Below are positions 28,107-37,721 of a DNA stretch of 64,000 bases, piece by piece; position 1 is the first letter of the stretch, and every line of letters starts with the position of its first letter. Below the pieces are notes generated by a model. The model was not told the DNA's origin. It saw only the letters and a program-made list of their open reading frames with translations, and ran no database searches. A program made the translations under genes and the position numbers. The stretch is from a virus. Lineage: Duplodnaviria; Caudoviricetes. The DNA is taken from IMG/VR virus record IMGVR_UViG_3300020576_004226, positions 21,322 through 85,321 of that record. The stretch is one strand, 5' to 3'.

Positions 28107-28330
28107 ACTTTACAAACGATCACACCTGGGAAATTACATTCATGAGCCTGCATGAGAACCCACCGCAAGAGGACACAATTGAGATGCATTGGTCAGAAGA
28201 AATTCCACCAAATGACCGTATGATTGAAGCCATACTTGTTCAGCGTCCAGAACTTGTTCGCTTTAAACACCATATCAGCGTTCAACGATATCAGCGTGTG
28301 GATACGCAATATCAATCAACGATCATATGA
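28103..28330 (+). CDS. Hypothetical protein
   Basis: 75-aa ORF, ATGA overlaps at both ends. Confidence 0.5.
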   Translation: MNFTNDHTWEITFMSLHENPPQEDTIEMHWSEEIPPNDRMIEAILVQRPELVRFKHHISVQRYQRVDTQYQSTII

Positions 28331-28977
28331 AAGGAAATTACATTGTTCTCGACTGCGAGACGGGAGGGCTCAAATCAACTGAAAATCCCATCACACAAAT
28401 CGCCTTACTGGGTCTTGATGCAAAAACCGGGAAGGAGCTGGGACGCTATGAGACTTACATAAAGCCTTACAATGATTTTACGATCAACCCGGTCGCATTG
28501 TCGAAGACCATGGTAGATATCAACGACGTTATGCGAGGTGCTGACTTTAAGGTTGTTGTCAAGAATATCATTGACTTTTGCAAAATGGTCGCTGGAGGCA
28601 AATTAGGACAATGGACGGCGCCAATCATAGTCGGCCACAACGTTCCTTTCGACATAGCCTTCATAGAAGTGTTATTCTACCTTGCTGACAAGCGAATGAC
28701 AGATTGCTTCGCCAATAACAATGGAATTGTGTATCACCGGGACACCCAGCAGATGGCAAGGGACTTTTGGCCAAAGGAAGCCTCAATCAAACTCGGCGAT
28801 TGTTGCGAGCGGGCAGGAATACGTCTTGTTGACGCGCACGGTGCAATGAATGATGTCATTGCAACAAAAAATCTTTTCCTTTGGTATCGTTCGCGCATCA
28901 GCAATACCTCGGGCGCAGTCAATCAAACAGAATCAACGGAAGTTACAACAAATCATCGTAAATTTTTCTCAATTTGA
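28327..28977 (+). CDS. DEDDh 3'-5' exonuclease (DnaQ/RNase T-like)
   Basis: VLDCETGG, VGHNVPFDIAF, RDTQQMA and AHGAMNDV. Confidence 0.9.
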   Translation: MKGNYIVLDCETGGLKSTENPITQIALLGLDAKTGKELGRYETYIKPYNDFTINPVALSKTMVDINDVMRGADFKVVVKNIIDFCKMVAGGKLGQWTAPIIVGHNVPFDIAFIEVLFYLADKRMTDCFANNNGIVYHRDTQQMARDFWPKEASIKLGDCCERAGIRLVDAHGAMNDVIATKNLFLWYRSRISNTSGAVNQTESTEVTTNHRKFFSI

Positions 28978-28978
28978 C

Positions 28979-29773
28979 ATGGCAGACAACATTAAACAAA
29001 TCTTGAACGTACCCGAGGCCACGGAAGAACAATTGGTCATTGCAGAACAGGAAAGCGAAGGCATTGAAATTCATGACATCAATTCTCCTGAAGGCTTGGA
29101 GAAGTTGGGCTACATGCGCAAAATTCCATTGTTCATCGGAACCACTGCAGCTCACATGAATTTCGGTTCTGTTGTTGAGTTTATTCAGCAAAAGTTCCAA
29201 GAGGAATACCCGGACGTAATGCCTATCATTATGGACGTGCCGACCTCGCGTCAGGTTGAGAAGTTCATCTTCTCCAAGACAAGGGAAATCAACAAAATCA
29301 TTGAATTCCAGAAACTTCGCCAAAGTCCAGAGAATGTTCAACAGGTTCTTTCGGCTGCGATGCGATTGAAGTCTTTGATGGGTGCTAAGCCTTTCCGACT
29401 CAAAACTTGCGTTGACCGCACTAAGCACACGTACAAGAACGCTTCAGACTTGCTCGTTCTGATGTACGTTATGGGCTTTGTTGTACGGTGGAAAGCGGAG
29501 GGCGAATGGATGTACCAAATCATTTCCAGCCAAGCAGACTTTGAAGCCTTCGCCCAGCGTCGCATTGAGGAAGCCGCTCAACTTATTTATGAGCAGGAAA
29601 TGTACATTGATCAACTCCGCAAACTTGCCAACTTCAAGCCGAACGATGCTGAGATTCTCAATGAGGCTTTGATGCCGGCTGAAGATGTTGTTCCTGAAGT
29701 GGTTGAGAAGACCAAGAAGCCACGGCGCAAAAAGAATGACTTGGTCAAACGCGAAACACCCGAATCAGAATGA
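28979..29773 (+). CDS. Hypothetical protein directly upstream of terL
   Basis: About 264 aa, ATGA-coupled to terL. Confidence 0.6.
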   Translation: MADNIKQILNVPEATEEQLVIAEQESEGIEIHDINSPEGLEKLGYMRKIPLFIGTTAAHMNFGSVVEFIQQKFQEEYPDVMPIIMDVPTSRQVEKFIFSKTREINKIIEFQKLRQSPENVQQVLSAAMRLKSLMGAKPFRLKTCVDRTKHTYKNASDLLVLMYVMGFVVRWKAEGEWMYQIISSQADFEAFAQRRIEEAAQLIYEQEMYIDQLRKLANFKPNDAEILNEALMPAEDVVPEVVEKTKKPRRKKNDLVKRETPESE

Positions 29774-31467
29774 TTGCCACTGATAGCAAAACATTCCAAG
29801 CACAGATCAATGAACAGGCAACACTAACAAAGTTGACCGAGACAGCCCGCATTGTTGAGGAAATCATAAGCAACCTCGAGCCAGAGGCACTTTCCCAGAT
29901 TTTCTCGCAATGCGGGAATGACTTTAATCACACTTACGACATATTGTTTGACGAGTCTTACCGTGTACTTTTTGGCTCCAGAGGTGTAATCAAAGAAGCG
30001 CACCTCGGGTACATGGACAGACTTGCTGAAAATATGGAGGAGACGCTGAGAATAGAAAGCCTCAACTACTTCCTTGCGAGTGTGTTCCCTGAATTTGATA
30101 TCAACTGGCACCACTTGGAATGGGGAAATATGGCTCAACAATATAGGAGACTTGCCATCGAAGCACCACGCGACCATGGCAAGTCTTACTATTTTTCCAA
30201 TGTCTTCCCAGCTTGGAAAATGTATCGCTACAAGCCCAAAAATGCATTCATTGGCAACCCGAGACCGGACATTTACCTTTCCGAATTTGGCGCACTGATA
30301 ACCAACGAGGCTTCACTTGGGGAAGAACTGCTCGAGATTCTGAAGAACTCAATAGAAAGCAACCCTATTTTGCGCGATAGACTTTACCCAGGCAAAGGTT
30401 CAGCCGCCCAAACGAGTTGGGCTATGCGCAAAATAAAGTGCAGGAACGGTGCGCGTCTTATCACCAAATCTTATGGGACCAAGTTTCGTGGACGTCACCC
30501 TGGATGGATGGTATGCGATGACTTCATGGATGACTCGAGCCTGTATTCAAAAGAACAACGGGAGAAGTTTGTCAATTACTTTCAATCGGTCTTGATGAAC
30601 GCGGTTCTGAAGGAAGGACAAGTCATCAATGTCGGGACGCCATTCCATGAGAACGACCTTTTCGGCGTATTGAAGAAGCGGAAGGGCTGGAGGGTATTTG
30701 TGTATCCTGCCATTACTCCAGAAGGCCGGGTGCTTTGGTCAAGCCGCTATTCATTCCAAGACCTCATGGATAAGCGTGACGAAAATGGACCCATTGCCTT
30801 CTCGCGTGAGCAGCTGTGCAAACCCATTGTTAGTGACGCTTCAATTTTCCCCTACTCGCTTGTATCCAAAGCCTTCAAAGGAATGGAGAATTACAGGCTG
30901 GTACAGAACCGTGAATCCTTCCCAATAAGGTTCAACCGAGTTGTGACTGCGGGCGACTTTGCTATGTCAGCAAACACTGGCGCCGACTACACCGTATTCA
31001 TGACATTTGGCATTGACAATGATGACAACCGTTGGCTGTTAAACTTCTGGAGAGCCAAGGGTAAAACATTCCAAGAGCAGATGCTCCAGTTGAGGCGTAT
31101 CAACACCGAGTTTCGCCCTGATTGTATCATGCTCGAGTCAAACCAATTCCAACAGATTTTCGTTCAAGAAGCCGACCGCCAAGGACTTCCCGTTTTGCCG
31201 CATAATACCAACACCAACAAGTATGACATGAAGGAAGGCGTGCCCGGTTTGGCGTTGACATTTGAGCGTCAAAAGTTCCGCTTCCCGAGGGGCGACCAAT
31301 TTAGTATTGATGCTACTGACCTTGTTGCTTCAGAATTGGGTTCTATTGCGTATACTGATAAAGGACTTCAAGGAGTTGGTGAACATGACGATACTGTTAT
31401 GTGCCTTTGGATTGCCGAATGCAATGTCAGGTATGTTTCGACAGGCTTTAAGTTCTCCACTGCTTGA
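29770..31467 (+). CDS. terL: Terminase large subunit
   Basis: IEAPRDHGKS (Walker A), VCDDF (Walker B), VGTP, nuclease TAGDFA...DYT and GEHDDTVMCLW. Confidence 0.92.
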   Translation: MIATDSKTFQAQINEQATLTKLTETARIVEEIISNLEPEALSQIFSQCGNDFNHTYDILFDESYRVLFGSRGVIKEAHLGYMDRLAENMEETLRIESLNYFLASVFPEFDINWHHLEWGNMAQQYRRLAIEAPRDHGKSYYFSNVFPAWKMYRYKPKNAFIGNPRPDIYLSEFGALITNEASLGEELLEILKNSIESNPILRDRLYPGKGSAAQTSWAMRKIKCRNGARLITKSYGTKFRGRHPGWMVCDDFMDDSSLYSKEQREKFVNYFQSVLMNAVLKEGQVINVGTPFHENDLFGVLKKRKGWRVFVYPAITPEGRVLWSSRYSFQDLMDKRDENGPIAFSREQLCKPIVSDASIFPYSLVSKAFKGMENYRLVQNRESFPIRFNRVVTAGDFAMSANTGADYTVFMTFGIDNDDNRWLLNFWRAKGKTFQEQMLQLRRINTEFRPDCIMLESNQFQQIFVQEADRQGLPVLPHNTNTNKYDMKEGVPGLALTFERQKFRFPRGDQFSIDATDLVASELGSIAYTDKGLQGVGEHDDTVMCLWIAECNVRYVSTGFKFSTA

Positions 31468-31516
31468 TGAAACTTGAAGCAGTTATTTTTGAATAAACGT
31501 CATTACAATTACAACA

Positions 31517-32308
31517 ATGAGCGATTATAGCATTTTAGATTTTGACGGGCGCAACGGACGTGCTCTGAATTTGGAAGGGTTCACGAACTTCCAAAAGCCT
31601 ATTCCCGTATCGGATATCGAGAAAGCCGTTGCGGAAGGCACAATCGTAGCAATTTCTCCGGAAGGGCTTTCCAGGCTCAACGACGACCTTGCCAAAGCAA
31701 TCAAAACAGACTTTGAAGGGATTGACAAGTTCAATTCTGCTGTCTTGGAGATTCGCACCTATCGCAACGTGATTGTTGACCGAGGTGGCAAACATGTTGA
31801 ATACCTCATCAAAGCCGTTCCACAAAAGGAAGAGGCCGCTGACAACCTCGAAAAAGGCGATGAATACTGGGCATTGCGCGGTGGAATTGCCGAGGGTGAA
31901 AAGCAGATTCCCCTGAAGAAAACTGGAGCGGAAATCAAAACTGCTTTCGAAGGCGTTATCACTCGTCTCAAACTTGAAAATGGTATCCTTTCCGCTAAGA
32001 TGTCGGAGTGCGTTGTCGCTTTGGGTAAGTCGCCTACTGACCAGCCATATGACTCATTCGACCGCACAATTGGCAACCGTTACTCCTGGGAAGACTGCCG
32101 TGCGCTTGACCCGGTTGAAGGAGCGATGAACACTGTCAATATGGAGTCTGCTCCCGCAACTGCCAACCATTGCCGCATGTACAATTCAGCCTTCGAAACT
32201 CTGTGTAGCAACATTAAGGCCATCAAGATGGCAAGTGCTTACATAGCCAACGTAGAAGACAATAAGTCATACGACCTCAAACCTGACTTGTATCTACTTT
32301 TGTTCTAA
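31517..32308 (+). CDS. Putative head-associated protein with KA maturation motifs
   Basis: IEKA, LAKA, LIKA and LEKG motifs; N-terminal module paralogous to ORF 40663. Confidence 0.55.
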   Translation: MSDYSILDFDGRNGRALNLEGFTNFQKPIPVSDIEKAVAEGTIVAISPEGLSRLNDDLAKAIKTDFEGIDKFNSAVLEIRTYRNVIVDRGGKHVEYLIKAVPQKEEAADNLEKGDEYWALRGGIAEGEKQIPLKKTGAEIKTAFEGVITRLKLENGILSAKMSECVVALGKSPTDQPYDSFDRTIGNRYSWEDCRALDPVEGAMNTVNMESAPATANHCRMYNSAFETLCSNIKAIKMASAYIANVEDNKSYDLKPDLYLLLF

Positions 32309-32341
32309 ACCATCACACACAAACTTGTCAATACAAAAGAA

Positions 32342-33019
32342 ATGAATAAGCAAGTATCCATCTATCTCCGGAACAGCTCCAACAACAGCATCCGCATGAA
32401 TGGTTTCTCCCTGGAGGACAATAAAATCATGCTCCACAGTGTTGATACCAGCGCAACCTTTGACACGGCTTTGGCAGCCAACCTGCGCCAACCGTTTCAA
32501 ATCGGCTTGACTTACACCTACGCCGAAATTGCGGACTTTTTCCTTGTTCAGATCAAGCATGTTGTTGATTTCACACCCAATGCTATCATTGAGCAAGAAG
32601 GAGTTGCCGACGTCAATTTGAGCACCAAACTTGGCGCCGCAACAATCGTCGTCAAAGGTAACAACGTGTCAATCGCAGACGGTGACGGCACTCCGAGCCT
32701 GACTGACCACACTGACTTTGGCACCCAAGCGGCTTCCTCTGGCTCTGTGACTCGCACCTTCTCTATCACCAACACTGGCCTCGGCTCATTGCTTCTTTCC
32801 GGCAGCCCTGCGGTTGTTTTGGCTGGAACCAATGCAGATCAATTCTCGGTTGTCCAGCCTATCAATAAGGTTGTGAAGCCTGGAGCGGTTGTGACGTTCT
32901 CTGTAACATTCGACCCAAGTTCGTCTGGAGCAAAAACTGCCACACTCTCGTTGGCGAACAACGACTCTGGCTCGGGTAAGAACCCATTCAACTTTACCAT
33001 TGGTGGCACTGGCTCGTAA
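32342..33019 (+). CDS. Protein with C-terminal choice-of-anchor-D (Ig-like) domain; possible capsid decoration protein
   Basis: VKGNNVSIADGDGTPS..DHTDFG...TRTFSITNTG...FSVTFDPSSSGAKTATLSLANND..NPFNFTIGGTG. Confidence 0.7.
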   Translation: MNKQVSIYLRNSSNNSIRMNGFSLEDNKIMLHSVDTSATFDTALAANLRQPFQIGLTYTYAEIADFFLVQIKHVVDFTPNAIIEQEGVADVNLSTKLGAATIVVKGNNVSIADGDGTPSLTDHTDFGTQAASSGSVTRTFSITNTGLGSLLLSGSPAVVLAGTNADQFSVVQPINKVVKPGAVVTFSVTFDPSSSGAKTATLSLANNDSGSGKNPFNFTIGGTGS

Positions 33020-33083
33020 TACCAAGGTTTTTTAAGATATCAACCGACACAACAATAGTTTCGCCAACCAATTTTACAAGCGC

Positions 33084-33569
33084 ATGAGAAACAAACTTTC
33101 TTTGCTCCTGGGTTGTTTGACGCTGGTTTTGTTTGGTTTGTTCACCACTCCTGTTCAGGCTGAAGACAATTCGCCAACGCAGGTCTTTGTGGATCAAGCC
33201 GACCTTTCCTTCGATCAAGCCGTACCATCTGCCGTTCTGCTTTTGAACGCTCCGCTGCCCATTCTGTCGCCTCAATCCATTTTGGAAGTCCCCGGCGATG
33301 TTGGTTCCATTGCAACCGGAAATTTCGATGCTGATTGGCCTCCTGGCTCCACCACCGCGCAAGCAATAAATTTTGACAACTTGCTGAGGTGTGGATATCA
33401 TGAAAATTACGGCTATACCAACCTGAACTGGCAAAGCAACCAAAACTCCTGCTACAACACCACATTAACCGGAATTGATATTGACCGATCATGTGGCTTG
33501 AATCAGGATGTTACTCCGCTCGTTACCAGCACAGCCAATCAAACCACCCGGCATGTTCTGATGTGTTAG
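33084..33569 (+). CDS. Secreted hypothetical protein
   Basis: Signal peptide MRNKLSLLLGCLTLVLFGLFTTPVQA|E. Confidence 0.55.
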   Translation: MRNKLSLLLGCLTLVLFGLFTTPVQAEDNSPTQVFVDQADLSFDQAVPSAVLLLNAPLPILSPQSILEVPGDVGSIATGNFDADWPPGSTTAQAINFDNLLRCGYHENYGYTNLNWQSNQNSCYNTTLTGIDIDRSCGLNQDVTPLVTSTANQTTRHVLMC

Positions 33570-33604
33570 CGAGAAGCATGCACAAATGTCCCCCACGATT
33601 GAAG

Positions 33605-33647
33605 AAGTCGCTGCCTTGCTTGACCGCTCGGTAGCGACTTTTATTTT
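33605..33647 (+). terminator. Intrinsic terminator
   Basis: AAGTCGCTGCC...GGTAGCGACTT followed by TTATTTT. Confidence 0.6.
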
Positions 33648-33666
33648 GCACAAGGTTTTTAAGCAT

Positions 33667-34329
33667 ATGGACAATAAATATGTTATATGGTTTTTAGGAG
33701 CAAATGCTTCCGGCAAGTCAACTTTGTCTGCACTCATCCAGAGGGAATTGAGCGAACGTTACCCGAGGCGCAAGGACGCAAGAACTGATTTTGTGATTGA
33801 TCAAAGCAACGGAGTCATATTGACTTTGACGTCAACGAATAGTGCCAACTTAGGTAAGTTCAATCACCCTGTTCTTTATGAAGGAAAGGTCAAAACCAAT
33901 GCATGCTGCGGCACTGACACGCTCCCAAAGAAGGATTTGATAGGGAGGGCTTTGGAGGTTGCTGGCTCAAATGAAATTAAATTCATTTTTGTTGAGGGTA
34001 TTATGGCCACCCGACAATGGGTTGACCTATTCCCGGAAGGCTATCGAATTTTGCTCATATTGCTTGATATTGACATTGAGAACTGCATCCTGCGCCTTAC
34101 CCAGCGAAGAAGTGAGAAGTCCGGTCTCGAGCAAAGAGAGGTGCTCGAATCGCTGACCGAGAAGACGGTGGAGAACGTCACCGGGAAAATAAACGGCTTC
34201 CGCAGGATGTACGATGACCTGGTTTTGAGGCGAGATATTGTAGGAATGAAGTACGCTGTGGACCAAAGTTTTAACAGCGTCGAGATATCCAAACACATAG
34301 CAAATCTTTTAATTCATGGAAAAATTTGA
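33667..34329 (+). CDS. P-loop nucleotide kinase 1 (hypermodification-associated)
   Basis: WFLGANASGKST (Walker A), FIFVEG (Walker B-like) and RLTQRR lid; ATG at 33667. Confidence 0.75.
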   Translation: MDNKYVIWFLGANASGKSTLSALIQRELSERYPRRKDARTDFVIDQSNGVILTLTSTNSANLGKFNHPVLYEGKVKTNACCGTDTLPKKDLIGRALEVAGSNEIKFIFVEGIMATRQWVDLFPEGYRILLILLDIDIENCILRLTQRRSEKSGLEQREVLESLTEKTVENVTGKINGFRRMYDDLVLRRDIVGMKYAVDQSFNSVEISKHIANLLIHGKI

Positions 34330-35218
34330 GACCCACGTGCTCATCATCGGGGCTGGCTTGTTCGGCTCCATGACCCAGAAACTCCTTCGCTCCAAAGGCA
34401 TTGAGTCATTGATTGTTGACCGACGCGACCCGCTCTCCGCAAGCAAGTGCTCTTCAGGAATTTGGCGTCCAGGCTGGGCTGGAAAAATTGCTCCGCAAGT
34501 TGAGCAAAGTATCCCAACAATCAGCCTTTTCACGGCGATTGACACGCTTCCAATTTATGATGCCGACAAGGACACTGAGACAAGCATCGACTTCATTGAT
34601 TGCAACAACATTCTAAATGAAGACTTCCTGGAGGGTGATGTTATTGGCTGTAATTTTGTTGACAATCGCCCGAACGCCAAAGTGCGCTCCGTAATTGTTG
34701 ATGTTGACGGAGTCAAAGTGGAAATTGGTTGCACACAACTCGTCATTTGCGCAGGAGCATTTACCAACGCAGTGCTCGAGAAACTCAAACTCCCTGTTCT
34801 TTACGGGCTTGACGCGCATTGGGGAGCGGTTCTGCACTGCCGAGAGAAATTGACGCAAAACTTCATCCAGAATTGGGCTCCATACAAGCAATTGTACGGC
34901 TTAAACTTGATTCGAGACGGTAAAGAGGTGTCATACTTCACAATGGGTATGTCAGCAAAAAATCCTCCAAAGGGAGGTGACAACCGAACGCTTGCCATAG
35001 GTGAGAAAATGGAGGCCGCAGCCCGAGGCTTCAAAATGAAAAACATCATTGAGATACCCGAGGGCAACCGTCCTTTCTTTGCCGAGAAGGACGTTGATTT
35101 TGTCAACAAGCATACTGTCAACGTCTGGTCAGCAACTGGAGGCGCAAAAAACAGCACTCTGTTGTGCGGATATGTCGCTCAACGTCTTTTTCAAGAAATA
35201 ACAGGCCATGCCCAATAG
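34316..35218 (+). CDS. FAD-dependent oxidoreductase (DAO-like; candidate flavin-dependent lyase)
   Basis: LIIGAGLFG (GxGxxG), VDRRDPLSASKCSSG, ICAGA and ATGGAKNSTL. Confidence 0.82.
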   Translation: MEKFETHVLIIGAGLFGSMTQKLLRSKGIESLIVDRRDPLSASKCSSGIWRPGWAGKIAPQVEQSIPTISLFTAIDTLPIYDADKDTETSIDFIDCNNILNEDFLEGDVIGCNFVDNRPNAKVRSVIVDVDGVKVEIGCTQLVICAGAFTNAVLEKLKLPVLYGLDAHWGAVLHCREKLTQNFIQNWAPYKQLYGLNLIRDGKEVSYFTMGMSAKNPPKGGDNRTLAIGEKMEAAARGFKMKNIIEIPEGNRPFFAEKDVDFVNKHTVNVWSATGGAKNSTLLCGYVAQRLFQEITGHAQ

Positions 35219-35387
35219 TATGGAATGGAAATCAAAGTTAATTTTGCAAATAAAACACGGCATGCATAACGGCACAATCAAGCGTTCGATGGCACAAGAG
35301 ATTGTAAATTTGATGCGCGAGAATAAGCCGTTTCGGTTGTTGTACAACCAAAACCGAGGCTACGTGGGATTCCAGTACACATCATAA
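35208..35387 (+). CDS. Small hypothetical protein (59 aa, not in the ORF track)
   Basis: MPNSMEWKSKL...YVGFQYTS, overlapping the FAD gene stop. Confidence 0.45.
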   Translation: MPNSMEWKSKLILQIKHGMHNGTIKRSMAQEIVNLMRENKPFRLLYNQNRGYVGFQYTS

Positions 35388-35411
35388 GTTTAACCAAAAC
35401 TATTTAGCACC

Positions 35412-35720
35412 ATGGCAAAGGCCACCGACAAAAAGACTGCAAGCAAAGCAGCACCCGCTACCAAGCCGGCATCCAAACTCACCCCTGACGCAAAGGGCAA
35501 CTACCCGCACCAATTGTACTCTGTGAAGCAGAAGACTTTTGTTGATCTGGCCAAGAAGCCTCTGCCTGTTTTGACTTCCACCGGACGCGGCGCATACATG
35601 TGCAAAGGTCAGGATGTTGAAGGAAACACGCTGGCGATGATCGTGAGCAAATTGGTTGCTGCCAACTGGGTTGAACGCAAACTCGCTGTGTACGCAGAAG
35701 GTTCTGAACCGGAAGCGTAG
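35412..35720 (+). CDS. Small basic protein, possible nucleoid/DNA-binding protein (DUF5679/Cren7-CC1-like)
   Basis: K/A/P-rich tail MAKATDKKTASKAAPATKPASK plus YSVKQK...TGRGAYMCKG..EGNTLAMIVSK beta core. Confidence 0.45.
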   Translation: MAKATDKKTASKAAPATKPASKLTPDAKGNYPHQLYSVKQKTFVDLAKKPLPVLTSTGRGAYMCKGQDVEGNTLAMIVSKLVAANWVERKLAVYAEGSEPEA

Positions 35721-35748
35721 TCTGTCCGACTGTTTGCGTTTTTCTACT

Positions 35749-35792
35749 TCCTGCCGGGACACCTCTCCATGGTTAAGACCCGGCAGGATTTT
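35749..35792 (+). terminator. Intrinsic terminator
   Basis: TCCTGCCGGG...CCCGGCAGGA 10-bp stem followed by TTTT. Confidence 0.65.
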
Positions 35793-35806
35793 AATTTTGA
35801 AACATC

Positions 35807-36394
35807 ATGAAATTCAAGCAAATATCAAAAACTGAATTGTACCCTTGGCTGAATTATATCAGCAAAACCTTCCGTGGGATAATGCCTCCCAAAGAAAAGA
35901 AATTCCTTGGCGAAATTCGGGTTGGGGTTTTGTACAATTGCACAATGGTGGTCTTGGAAGATGAAGAAGTTGATGGTCACCCGTTCTTGTCCCTTATCAG
36001 TTACACAATCACAAAAAGGTATCTGAACATCTATTTTATGTACACAACTCCAGGCTTCCGTGGTATAGGACTCAACAATGCCATTTTGGATTATGTCATG
36101 GAAAATCACGCAGCTGAGATCGACCGTATATACGTCATCACCTCAACACTCGACAGCGTGGCGTTCTATTTCAACAAGGGCTTCAAGTTTTGGGGCTTAG
36201 ACAAAAACCGTTGCCTTGTCGCAGAGTTTGATATAACAGCAACTGAACAACCGCGCAAGTCAGAGAAGGTGTGTAAGGAACTTTACTTGGGAGAGCCTTT
36301 GAATGACGAGCGAATTGTTGACGAGTTGACGATGAATCAAAATCCAAATTACAATCACTCCGTCAAAGAATTGATGGCAAAGAAGATTCTATGA
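35807..36394 (+). CDS. GNAT-family acetyltransferase
   Basis: FMYTTPGFRGIGLNNAIL (motif A, R/QxxGxG) and VAFYFNKGFKFWG (motif B). Confidence 0.8.
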   Translation: MKFKQISKTELYPWLNYISKTFRGIMPPKEKKFLGEIRVGVLYNCTMVVLEDEEVDGHPFLSLISYTITKRYLNIYFMYTTPGFRGIGLNNAILDYVMENHAAEIDRIYVITSTLDSVAFYFNKGFKFWGLDKNRCLVAEFDITATEQPRKSEKVCKELYLGEPLNDERIVDELTMNQNPNYNHSVKELMAKKIL

Positions 36395-37353
36395 GCGACA
36401 CTAAAATCTACAAAGACTTTGACCTTTACAGCCGAGCGTTGATGGGCAGCAATGATGTCGACCCGACGTATCCGGTAATCAAGTCAATCGTTGAGAAAGA
36501 GGGATTTGACCCTTATTGGTTTTCATTCGTGTATGTAGCGTTCTACAGCCTGGAGACGGCAATCAAAATGTGCCGGGAAATGCCAACTCACGAGGCTTGG
36601 GACAGTAAGTTGTTTGCTCAAAAGCGGAGCAGCCGAGAGTGGAGCAAATTCGGTCACGAGCGCAGGGGAACTGCGAGGAACATCTTGACCCAAATCAATA
36701 ATTTCGAGCATATAAAGTTGTTCTTGGAATACTTCACAACTCCCACCGGAGAAATTGACCCGAGCCAATATCCAAAAGAATGGGCAAAACTACACCAAGA
36801 CCAAGCCTCATTCAGAGCAGCTCTTCAGACTTTACCGTTCCACGGCGGCTGGGCTTCTTTTAAGTTGGCTGAGATATGGGAGAAGGCTTTTGATTGGAGT
36901 CACTTTGAGATTCCAGACCTTGGAGTCATTGGCCGCGACCCGAATAGCAACGATGGTCCAGTTGGTGGCTTACGTTGGCTCTACGGAAGGGAGCACACCT
37001 ACGATGACACTTGGTATGGCATATGGGATGATCTTGGCTCTAAGTTGGCGAGAGCGTGGCGAGTCGACATCGGGAGAGTTGAGACGTGCTTCTGCAAATT
37101 CCATAAGTTGGTAAGCGGCAAGTATTACATTGGTCATGACATACACGAGTTTCACGAGTTGGAGCCTGTATTGGGTCGGAGGGTTTACCGCTCCATAATG
37201 GAAGAACATTTTGACCCGGAAATTTGGCAAGACTTCCACGGTGTACAAAAACAATTCAAATCAGTTTACGCAACCAAAGGCAATTTGTTATTCAGCAACT
37301 TCGCTGACAAACACCCAGAGGCTGACGTACTACAAATTATGTTGGATCAATGA
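36391..37353 (+). CDS. Amino acid:DNA transferase (aGPT-Pplase2/ADDT-like, HhH glycosylase fold)
   Basis: DVDPTYPV, WFSFVYVAFY, ERRG, GGWASFKLAEIW, GPVGGL and ETCFCKFHKLVSGKYYIGHDIHE. Confidence 0.78.
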   Translation: MSDTKIYKDFDLYSRALMGSNDVDPTYPVIKSIVEKEGFDPYWFSFVYVAFYSLETAIKMCREMPTHEAWDSKLFAQKRSSREWSKFGHERRGTARNILTQINNFEHIKLFLEYFTTPTGEIDPSQYPKEWAKLHQDQASFRAALQTLPFHGGWASFKLAEIWEKAFDWSHFEIPDLGVIGRDPNSNDGPVGGLRWLYGREHTYDDTWYGIWDDLGSKLARAWRVDIGRVETCFCKFHKLVSGKYYIGHDIHEFHELEPVLGRRVYRSIMEEHFDPEIWQDFHGVQKQFKSVYATKGNLLFSNFADKHPEADVLQIMLDQ

Positions 37354-37721
37354 AAAAGAAAGGAATGGAGGAGGACGTTGTGCGACTTCTCACTATCAAT
37401 ACTTCAACTGGCAAAGTTAGCAAACACATGCTGGTCGGCTCCAAGCGAGTTTTCATCGATTTGGAGCGTTGTCGCTGTCACGTTCCTGGGGAGTCGAAAT
37501 ACCAATACAAGCATCTTGGTGTAGGTTGGAACGACTGCGAGTTGAACGTGGAAGACCCGAGCCTCGTCATTGTATTGCCTAATTGGCGGGTGCGCTTTGC
37601 CCAGAAAATTTGGGAGGGCGTGTTCTGCGACGACTTCGACAGCGGCAAGAATGATACGATATTGTTGAACATAAAAGACTTGACCCGTTATGTGGGACAA
37701 GGCAAATGGAAGAAAATATGA
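37350..37721 (+). CDS. Hypothetical protein within the modification operon
   Basis: 123 aa, ATGA-coupled on both sides. Confidence 0.55.
   Translation: MKKKGMEEDVVRLLTINTSTGKVSKHMLVGSKRVFIDLERCRCHVPGESKYQYKHLGVGWNDCELNVEDPSLVIVLPNWRVRFAQKIWEGVFCDDFDSGKNDTILLNIKDLTRYVGQGKWKKI

Noticed and set aside
33586-33666. 27-aa N-terminal extension of kinase 1 given by the ORF track
   Set aside because: It overlaps a terminator hairpin and the promoter-like motif; the ATG at 33667 sits just before the Walker A strand and is the more likely start.
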